Source of the DNA: Flavobacteriaceae bacterium
GTDB lineage: Bacteria; Bacteroidota; Bacteroidia; Flavobacteriales; Flavobacteriaceae
Direction of reading: 5' to 3'
NCBI GenBank assembly: GCA_965224465.1
Contig: OZ245049.1
Location: 1,920,001 to 1,952,000 of the forward strand
Length of the DNA: 32,000 nt
The notes beneath the pieces are model-generated. The model made no database searches, was not told where the DNA came from, and saw only the letters and a program-made list of their open reading frames with translations. Numbering within the stretch: position 1 is the first letter of the stretch; every line of letters starts with the position of its first letter. The position numbers and the translations under genes were made by a program. Shown piece by piece: positions 26,053 through 32,000 of the stretch.

Positions 26053-26618
26053 CAATTAAGCGTATTATAAACATGAACAACTTTCTCTCTTGCCCTTTTT
26101 AAACGCATTTTCACAGCGCTAGAGCCTACTTGTAATACTTCCTGAATATCAGTAATGGATAAATCATCTTGGTATTTGAGCAGCAATATCATTTTATCGT
26201 TTGGATTAATTAAATCTAATGCCTTCGCTAACTTGTCCGATCGCAATTCAAACAGGGTACTTTCATCAACCTCTTCGTACGATTCATCACTTATATCATT
26301 ATCTTCTATCGACCTGTTTTTACGATGTTTATCTCGATTTACATAATTGACACAAAAATTATAAACAAAGGAATACAACCATGTTGAGAACTTTGAAGTT
26401 CCTTTAAAGGTACGTAATTTTACAAATAACTTTATAAATATATCATGTGCCAAATCTTGTGCTTCTTCTGTTGAATTGGAAAATCCTAAACACTTATTAT
26501 AAACAACGCGAGAATACCTATCATATAACAGCGCAAATAAATGCGTGTCATTTGACTGTACAATACGATGAATCAATTCTTCATCGCTTAATTGCTGTAT
26601 GTTTATATCAGCTTTCAA
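26052..26618 (-). CDS. ECF-type (group 4) sigma-70 family RNA polymerase sigma factor
   Basis: 188 aa with a region 2-like segment (LSDEELIHRI...LFALLYDRYSRVVYNKCLGF...AQDLAHDIFIKLF...FSTWLYSFVYNFCVNY) and a region 4 HTH (LLLKYQDDLSITDIQEVLQVGSSAVKMRLKRAREK). The only possible start in the open frame is TTG (complement of 26616-26618). Confidence 0.85.
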   Translation of the reverse strand: MKADINIQQLSDEELIHRIVQSNDTHLFALLYDRYSRVVYNKCLGFSNSTEEAQDLAHDIFIKLFVKLRTFKGTSKFSTWLYSFVYNFCVNYVNRDKHRKNRSIEDNDISDESYEEVDESTLFELRSDKLAKALDLINPNDKMILLLKYQDDLSITDIQEVLQVGSSAVKMRLKRAREKVVHVYNTLN

Positions 26619-26779
26619 CGTGTTGTTTCCTTGGGTTTTTTACTTAAGACACCAAAATAAATAAAAGTCACATTATTTTTTAAATTCGCAATTTTTTTAA
26701 AATTATTGTAACATTTGACAATTTACAACGTATAATATTATAAACAAGCCCTTTTAATTAAAAAATATTAGATACGTAA

Positions 26780-27643
26780 ATGAGACAACTTAAAATTACA
26801 AAGCAGGTAACGAATAGAGAAACGGCGTCGTTAGATAAATACTTACAAGAAATAGGTAAGGTAGATTTGATCACGGCAGACATGGAGGTAGAACTGGCTC
26901 AACGTATTAAAGAAGGTGACCAAGTTGCATTAGAAAAATTAACAAAAGCAAATCTACGTTTTGTAGTTTCTGTAGCAAAACAATATCAAAATCAAGGTTT
27001 AACCCTACCCGATTTAATTAACGAAGGTAACCTAGGTTTGATAAAAGCAGCAAAACGTTTTGACGAAACTCGTGGATTCAAATTTATTTCTTATGCGGTA
27101 TGGTGGATTCGTCAATCTATCTTACAAGCATTGGCAGAACAATCTCGTATTGTACGTTTGCCTTTGAATAAGATTGGTTCTATTAACAAAATTAACAAAA
27201 TGTATGCCTTTTTGGAGCAAGAAAATGAGCGACCACCATCGCCCGAAGAAATTGCAAAAAAACTGGACATGACCGTTAATGATGTAAAAGAATCATTAAA
27301 AAACTCTGGTAGACACGTATCTATGGATGCTCCCTTAATAGAAGGTGAAGATTCTAACTTATACGACGTACTTAACACAGGTGATTCTCCAAATCCAGAC
27401 CGTGTATTACTACACGATTCTTTAAAAATTGAAATAGAACGCGCCCTAGAAACATTAACTCCTAGAGAAGCAGATGTTGTTCAATTGTATTTTGGTTTAG
27501 GAGATGCACATCCTATGACATTAGAAGAAATAGGTGAAACATTTGATCTTACCCGTGAACGCGTAAGACAAATTAAAGAAAAAGCAATCAGACGCTTAAA
27601 ACACACTTCTAGAAGTAAAATTTTGAAAACATATTTAGGATAG
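26780..27643 (+). CDS. rpoD: primary (housekeeping) sigma factor, short Bacteroidota form
   Basis: 287 aa with ...[57 protein letters not shown]... and [28 protein letters not shown]. It lacks region 1.1 and the long spacer, as is typical of Bacteroidota SigA. Confidence 0.95.
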   Translation: MRQLKITKQVTNRETASLDKYLQEIGKVDLITADMEVELAQRIKEGDQVALEKLTKANLRFVVSVAKQYQNQGLTLPDLINEGNLGLIKAAKRFDETRGFKFISYAVWWIRQSILQALAEQSRIVRLPLNKIGSINKINKMYAFLEQENERPPSPEEIAKKLDMTVNDVKESLKNSGRHVSMDAPLIEGEDSNLYDVLNTGDSPNPDRVLLHDSLKIEIERALETLTPREADVVQLYFGLGDAHPMTLEEIGETFDLTRERVRQIKEKAIRRLKHTSRSKILKTYLG

Positions 27644-27667
27644 ATTTCTATTCTTTTTTAGCACTAT

Positions 27668-27704
27668 AAAACAAATACTCCTGATTTTCAGGAGTATTTG
27701 TTTT
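27668..27704 (+). terminator. rho-independent terminator of rpoD
   Basis: 17-bp stem AAAACAAATACTCCTGA / TCAGGAGTATTTGTTTT with a TTT loop. Confidence 0.85.
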
Positions 27705-27745
27705 AAAAGACTATTTTCGCAAAATAATTCAACAACACACACACC

Positions 27746-28402
27746 ATGAAAAACATTATTGCACCATCACTCCTAGCAGCTGATTTCGCCAACTTACAAC
27801 GCGACATTGAGATGATTAACGAAAGTGATGCTGACTGGTTCCATATCGATGTTATGGACGGGGTATTTGTTCCTAATATCTCTTTTGGAATGCCCGTAAT
27901 TAGCGCGATTAAAAAACATGCTAAAAAAACCATGGATGTACACCTTATGATTGTAGATCCAGATCGTTTTATCGAAGATTTTAAAAAAGTAGGTGCAGAT
28001 ATTTTAACCGTACATTACGAAGCTTGTACTCACTTACACAGAACCATTCAAGCCATTAAAGCTGCCGGTATGAAAGCTGGAGTTTCCCTAAATCCACACA
28101 CACCTATTTCTGTTTTAGAAGATGTGATCCAAGATTTGGATTTGGTATTGATTATGAGCGTAAACCCTGGTTTTGGAGGACAAAGCTTTATCGAAAATAC
28201 CTATAAAAAAGTGTCTCAGTTACGTCAATTAATAGATTTTTCTGAATCCAACGCTATTATAGAAATTGACGGAGGAGTGACCGATCAAAACATCGAAAAA
28301 TTATCGGAACAAGGTGCTGATGCCTTTGTTGCTGGAAGTTTTATCTTTAAAAGTGACGACCCAAAAACAACAATCAAAAACTTAAAAACATTAATTTCTT
28401 AA
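27746..28402 (+). CDS. rpe: ribulose-phosphate 3-epimerase
   Basis: 218 aa with PSLLAADFANLQRDIEMI...DWFHIDVMDGVFVPNISFG...MSVNPGFGGQSF...EIDGGV, canonical Rpe motifs. Confidence 0.95.
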   Translation: MKNIIAPSLLAADFANLQRDIEMINESDADWFHIDVMDGVFVPNISFGMPVISAIKKHAKKTMDVHLMIVDPDRFIEDFKKVGADILTVHYEACTHLHRTIQAIKAAGMKAGVSLNPHTPISVLEDVIQDLDLVLIMSVNPGFGGQSFIENTYKKVSQLRQLIDFSESNAIIEIDGGVTDQNIEKLSEQGADAFVAGSFIFKSDDPKTTIKNLKTLIS

Positions 28403-28427
28403 GGAATTGACTTTTTAATACAATTTT

Positions 28428-28463
28428 AAAACCCACCTTTATGTATATTGAGGTGGGTTTTTA
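28428..28463 (+). terminator. rho-independent terminator of rpe
   Basis: AAAACCCACCT (28428-28438) / AGGTGGGTTTT (28451-28461) with a 12-nt loop and T-rich sequence after it. Confidence 0.8.
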
Positions 28464-28662
28464 TTTAAACAAAACCTGTCATACCCTTAATCTCTTTGGT
28501 TTTATTCTTAGCATCCATACTTAACCAAGTACGCTATGCTTCTTGAAATTCTCCGCCTATTCAAACATTTCTTGACACACTTCATCGCTACCTTCAGGAG
28601 GATAGCCATTTTCTCCTAAGAGAAGAATAATAAAATTAGAATCCAAAATGATCGCTATAAAT

Positions 28663-28805
28663 AGTTTGTTTTAGGTTCTTGTGTTGTTAAAAAACAGACC
28701 GATAACTAAGGCTATCCTAAGAATTTTCACCTAGCTAAAATAAAAAACAAGTCCATTTATTAACCATTCACTTGGAAATGTGTTTGGTATTATAGGTTTA
28801 TTGAT
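28663..28805 (+). repeat. dispersed intergenic repeat, copy C (long form; core 28752-28790)
   Basis: Full-length match to copy B (9079-9222). The core is TCCATTTATTAACCATTCACTTGGAAATGTGTTTGGTAT. Confidence 0.85.
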
Positions 28806-28812
28806 TCTGTAT

Positions 28813-29043
28813 AGAAAATACACGAATGAGGATTCGCTGCGCGATTGGCTAAAGGGCCGCTTTGAAAATACAAAGGGCACGGAAATTAGATAAAACGTTG
28901 CTTTATAAGGTTTGTTTATTTTATAAAGAAAATACACGAATGAGGATTCGCTACGCGATCCTCTAAAACTCCGCTTTGAAAATACAAAGGGCACGGAAAT
29001 TAGCCAAAGCGTTGCTTTGCTAATTTCCGTGCCCTTTGTATTT
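28813..29043. repeat. 114-nt direct tandem duplication (28813-28926 and 28927 to about 29015); the second unit is completed into a ~31-bp hairpin (28980-29043)
   Basis: Both units read AGAAAATACACGAATGAGGATTCGCT(G/A)CGCGAT...CCGCTTTGAAAATACAAAGGGCACGGAAATTAG..AAA.CGTTGCTTT. Arm AAATACAAAGGGCACGGAAATTAGC (28980-29004) pairs perfectly with GCTAATTTCCGTGCCCTTTGTATTT (29019-29043). An inner CAAAGC/GCTTTG pairing follows a 1-nt bulge. Confidence 0.9.
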
Positions 29044-29048
29044 ATTCG

Positions 29049-29122
29049 TGACCGCGAGAGGATTCGAACCTCCAACCCTCAGAGCCGAAATCTGATATTC
29101 TATCCAGTTGAACTACGCGGCC
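29049..29122 (-). tRNA. tRNA-Arg (anticodon UCG)
   Basis: The reverse complement is GGCCGCGTAGTTCAACTGGATAGAATATCAGATTTCGGCTCTGAGGGTTGGAGGTTCGAATCCTCTCGCGGTCA. Hand-folded cloverleaf: acceptor GGCCGCG/CGCGGTC, D arm GTTC/GAAT, anticodon stem TCAGA/TCTGA with loop TTTCGGC (anticodon TCG), T arm GGAGG-TTCGAAT-CCTCT. 74 nt, no encoded CCA. Confidence 0.85.
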
Positions 29123-29134
29123 AAAAGCTTATTT

Positions 29135-29584
29135 CTAAGCTAATAATTTTTTAACAAGTACAGAAATCATTTTTCCATCAGCTTTTCCCGCCAATTCTTG
29201 AGAAACCATCCCCATTACTTTTCCCATATCTTTCATGCTACTAGCTCCTGTTTTTTCAACAGCTGCTGCAACTATTTTTTCTACTTCTTCTTCGCTCATT
29301 TGCTCAGGTAAGAATTGAGCAATTACTTTTACTTGTGCCAATTCTGGAGCTGCTAAATCTTCACGTCCTTGTTCCGTAAAAATAGATGCACTCTCTTTGC
29401 GTTGTTTCACCAACTTTTGTAATAATTTAATTTCCTCGTCTTCCGACAATTCCTCACTAGCACCCCCTTTAGTTTGTGCCAATAATATTTCTGATTTTAT
29501 TGCTCTTAATGATTCCAAAGCAACTTTATCCTTACTTCTCATAGCTTCTTTCAAAGAAACCATAATTTGTTTTTGTAAACTCAT
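29135..29584 (-). CDS. GatB/YqeY domain-containing protein
   Basis: 149 aa with MSLQKQIMVSLKEAMRSKDKVALESLRAIKSEILLAQTK... and ...SSMKDMGKVMGMVSQELAGKADGKMISVLVKKLL, typical of the YqeY family. Confidence 0.85.
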   Translation of the reverse strand: MSLQKQIMVSLKEAMRSKDKVALESLRAIKSEILLAQTKGGASEELSEDEEIKLLQKLVKQRKESASIFTEQGREDLAAPELAQVKVIAQFLPEQMSEEEVEKIVAAAVEKTGASSMKDMGKVMGMVSQELAGKADGKMISVLVKKLLA

Positions 29585-29613
29585 ATCTTAAATTTTTACT
29601 GAGCGAAATTACT

Positions 29614-29660
29614 AAAAAAAAACTTCTAATGTAAATTTAAAACTACATTAGAAGTTTTTT
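29614..29660 (-). terminator. strong (sequence-symmetric, potentially bidirectional) terminator after ftsZ
   Basis: A9 (29614-29622), CTTCTAATGTA (29623-29633), 10-nt loop, TACATTAGAAG (29644-29654), T6 (29655-29660). On the minus strand the stem is followed by T9. Confidence 0.85.
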
Positions 29661-29688
29661 ATTTCAACAATCGCTCTAACAGAACTAA

Positions 29689-31653
29689 TTAGTCAACATT
29701 ATCATGTAAAAACGAATTATTAGATCTAAAATTAATAGTCCCATCTTCAGTATTTAATGTGGTTCGAGAAGGTTTCACTTCACTCGAAGAAGGCACATCT
29801 TCTAGGTTAACTTGCATCCTCTTGTAGGCAGGGATTTTATCATAGTCCTCTAAATCATTTACTTTATTAGAAAACTTATAATTAAAATTTTTCATTTTTG
29901 CCACTCTAGACTCAGTATGTTTTTGCAATTCGGAAATGGTTAAATCTAAAGGAGAAACCTCTTTATGCTCAACTACTTCTTGCTGCAACACCACATCTTG
30001 AACGGGCATTACTTTTGGAGTATCTGTACGTACTTCAAACTGTACTTCTTTATCTACTTCCTCCTGCTTCACTGTTTTTTTAACTGCTGTAAATTTATCC
30101 TCTAGATCTGTATAATCATCTAAACTAAAATGAACAACTTCTTCCTCTTGTTTTACTGGGGCTATTGGCTCAGGCATTACTACCTCTATAGCGCGAATTT
30201 CTGGAGTTGTTTCTACAATGGAAGGTTCTTTATTCGTTACAATAGGCAAATCAAACGTAAGTCTTGTTTGCTGTGCTATATCTTGAGTTGGCGCTATATT
30301 TTCAACAACAGGAGCTGGCTCTGGAGACGTAACATTTGTGATTATAAAATCCTCTTCCTTCACAGGTTCAGCAATTACTTCATCATAAACCACTTCTATA
30401 TTACGAATCACTTCCGAAGTTGGAATTATGGAAATTTCCTGCATTTCTTTCTCGTCAAACAACTGATGAACAATAGGAGTACTCTCTACTACAGCAACAT
30501 CTTCAATCATCGATTCAGGCGATGCTACAGGGCTTGTCACAGGGCTTGTCACAGGAGTACTTATTGGAGTACTTATTGGATTTTCTTCCCCAAAATTATA
30601 CGTTACTCCTTGCTCATCTTCTAACGTATGAATTATTTTTTTAGCTTCAACATTTGATATTTCATGCTGTTGATCTTTATTAAACCCAGTGGCAACAATT
30701 GTAACGGCAATAGAATCACCCAGGGACTCATCTTCACCAACCCCCATAATAATGTTTACATTTGATTTAGCTTCATCTTGAATAAAATCATTGATTTCAC
30801 CAATTTCGTCAATTGTAATTTCATCAGAACCACTCACGATCAAAAGCAACACATTTTTTGCTCCCGTAATTTTATTATCATTTAACAAAGGAGAATCTAG
30901 CGCACTGGATATGGCTTGTTCTGCACGGTTTTCACCTGACGCAGTAGCAGATCCTAAGATTGCTGTTCCACTATTAGACAAAACCGTTTTAGCATCTCTA
31001 AGGTCAATATTTTGAGTATAGTGATGGGTAATTACTTCCGCAATTCCTCTAGCAGCAGTAGACAACACTTCATCTGCTTTGGAAAACCCAGCTTTAAATC
31101 CTAAATTACCATAAACTTCTCGTAATTTATTATTATTAATCACTACCAAGGAATCTACAAAACCTCTTAACGTATCAATTCCAGCAGCAGCTTGATCATT
31201 TCTTCGTTTCCCTTCGAAAGAAAAAGGCATGGTAACAATACCTATTGTTAATAGATCCATCTCTCTAGCAACTTTTGCAATTACTGGAGCCGCACCTGTA
31301 CCAGTACCCCCACCCATTCCAACAGTCAAGAAAACCATTTTGGTATGGGTACCAAGCATCATTTTAATATCTTCAATACTTTCTCTTGCAGCTTCTTCAC
31401 CAACTTCTGGGTTTGCACCTGCACCGAGTCCTTCTGTCAAGGTGACTCCTAGCTGAATTTTATTTGGTATTGAACTACTGTCCAATGCTTGCGCATCTGT
31501 ATTGCAGATTACAAAATCCACTCCTTTAATACCTAAAGAATACATGTGATTTACGGCATTACTACCTCCACCACCGATCCCGATGACCTTGATTACATTT
31601 GACTTATTCTTTGGTAAATCAAATGAGATGTTGTTAAAATTTGTACTTTCCAT
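29689..31653 (-). CDS. ftsZ: cell division GTPase FtsZ with a very long disordered C-terminal linker
   Basis: 654 aa with the N-terminal tubulin-like core ([35 protein letters not shown]). The ~270-aa P/E/V/T-rich linker includes [21 protein letters not shown]. An FtsA-binding-type peptide [11 protein letters not shown] is followed by about 45 further residues ending ...NSFLHDNVD. Confidence 0.97.
   Translation of the reverse strand: MESTNFNNISFDLPKNKSNVIKVIGIGGGGSNAVNHMYSLGIKGVDFVICNTDAQALDSSSIPNKIQLGVTLTEGLGAGANPEVGEEAARESIEDIKMMLGTHTKMVFLTVGMGGGTGTGAAPVIAKVAREMDLLTIGIVTMPFSFEGKRRNDQAAAGIDTLRGFVDSLVVINNNKLREVYGNLGFKAGFSKADEVLSTAARGIAEVITHHYTQNIDLRDAKTVLSNSGTAILGSATASGENRAEQAISSALDSPLLNDNKITGAKNVLLLIVSGSDEITIDEIGEINDFIQDEAKSNVNIIMGVGEDESLGDSIAVTIVATGFNKDQQHEISNVEAKKIIHTLEDEQGVTYNFGEENPISTPISTPVTSPVTSPVASPESMIEDVAVVESTPIVHQLFDEKEMQEISIIPTSEVIRNIEVVYDEVIAEPVKEEDFIITNVTSPEPAPVVENIAPTQDIAQQTRLTFDLPIVTNKEPSIVETTPEIRAIEVVMPEPIAPVKQEEEVVHFSLDDYTDLEDKFTAVKKTVKQEEVDKEVQFEVRTDTPKVMPVQDVVLQQEVVEHKEVSPLDLTISELQKHTESRVAKMKNFNYKFSNKVNDLEDYDKIPAYKRMQVNLEDVPSSSEVKPSRTTLNTEDGTINFRSNNSFLHDNVD
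30527..30580. repeat. two adjacent in-frame 12-nt tandem duplications inside the ftsZ linker
   Basis: ACAGGGCTTGTC x2 (30527-30550) and GGAGTACTTATT x2 (30554-30577). On the coding strand they give ISTP-ISTP and VTSP-VTSP. Confidence 0.9.
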
Positions 31654-31662
31654 AATGCTAAT

Positions 31663-32000
31663 TTATTCTGCGTTGTCTAAAAAATCACGAAACTTATCAA
31701 ACCACTTATCAAAAAAGGGCCTTCTTGCTACGGTATTTTCTCTTATTATCTCTTCTACTTTTTCTTCTTTCTTTTCGTCTGCCAACTGCTCTTGTGCATG
31801 TACAGCTCTAATTTGTTGTGCTACTTTTTCTCTTTTCAGCTTTTCTTCTACATCTCTCAATCCATTCATCAATAAACCAACAGCAGTTGCATATTGAGGA
31901 CTCGATAAACTCTCGTCAGACCCACTAGCTAAATGTTCGTTTGGATACCCAATTCGTGTATCCATACCCGTAATATACTCCACCAATTGTTTGATGTGTT
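31663..32000 (-). CDS. ftsA: cell division protein FtsA, C-terminal part (5' end outside the window)
   Basis: The frame is open to the window edge. ...VEYITGMDTRIGYPNEHLASGSDESLSSPQYATAVGLLMNG... is the conserved FtsA C-terminal core, followed by a charged tail and an amphipathic end (FFDKWFDKFRDFL). It lies 9 nt upstream of ftsZ. Confidence 0.85.
   Translation of the reverse strand, partial: HIKQLVEYITGMDTRIGYPNEHLASGSDESLSSPQYATAVGLLMNGLRDVEEKLKREKVAQQIRAVHAQEQLADEKKEEKVEEIIRENTVARRPFFDKWFDKFRDFLDNAE

Noticed and set aside
28555-28665. Short minus-strand reading frame ending ...GENGYPPEGSDEVCQEMFE* that could be a gene relic
   Set aside because: It has no start codon, is under 40 codons, and I recognise no family. 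I cannot distinguish it from chance.
28813-29043. Possible CRISPR-like array
   Set aside because: There are only two direct repeats of 114 nt, they are contiguous with no spacers, and there are no cas genes in the window. It is a tandem duplication, not a CRISPR array.
28731-29075. 114-aa minus-strand ORF (ISVPFVFSKR... repeated)
   Set aside because: It starts inside tRNA-Arg and reads through the 114-nt tandem repeat and the dispersed repeat core. The internal peptide repeat simply mirrors the DNA repeat.
1-32000. Search for mobile elements, prophage or integrase genes, toxin-antitoxin pairs, restriction-modification or other defence systems, rRNA, and riboswitch-like leaders
   Set aside because: No ORF in the track or in my own reading resembles a transposase, integrase, nuclease/helicase defence component or Cas protein. 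All large ORFs are accounted for by housekeeping or envelope functions. The region reads as core chromosome, so the unusual items are the low-complexity lipoprotein unit, the ECF triad and the non-coding repeats rather than an accessory island.

Overview
AT-rich chromosomal segment that looks like core genome of a Flavobacteriia (Bacteroidota) organism. The supporting signs are a T9SS type-B C-terminal sorting domain, a PorT-like barrel, a 287-aa RpoD, TTG-N17-21-TAnnTTTG promoter-like boxes and no obvious Shine-Dalgarno sites. Most of the window is housekeeping: bioA (partial, not in the ORF track), bioB, a COG2509-type FAD oxidoreductase, rpsT, two identical tRNA-Glu(UUC), proS, a NifU/Nfu protein, ubiE/menG, a PorT-like OMP, a TrmH/SpoU methyltransferase, an Omp85 (TamL/BamA-like) lipoprotein, fbaA, accD, rpsO, pnp, rpoD, rpe, tRNA-Arg(UCG), a GatB/YqeY protein, ftsZ and ftsA (partial). 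I saw no transposase, integrase, CRISPR array, rRNA or recognisable defence genes. Seven things are not explained by ordinary annotation. (1) Next to proS there is a two-gene unit: a lipoprotein with an extreme tripartite low-complexity architecture (acidic linker, about 39% Tyr Y/N/G block, Arg/Ser-rich tail) followed by a FadL/PorV-like beta-barrel. (2) An 11-copy heptanucleotide tandem repeat sits exactly between that barrel gene's stop codon and its terminator. (3) A dispersed intergenic repeat family has four copies, all in the same orientation and all in tail-to-tail intergenic regions. (4) A 114-nt tandem duplication plus a 31-bp hairpin lies just 3' of tRNA-Arg and carries T-arm-like fragments. 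(5) A perfect 15-bp hairpin plus T9 ends 9 nt before the bioB start codon. (6) A tightly coupled operon encodes an ECF sigma, a 65-aa soluble protein and a small MscS-like membrane protein. (7) A 1238-aa T9SS type-B adhesin has no adjacent PorP/SprF partner. All functional calls come from reading the translations and comparing them with family motifs from memory; no database search was run.
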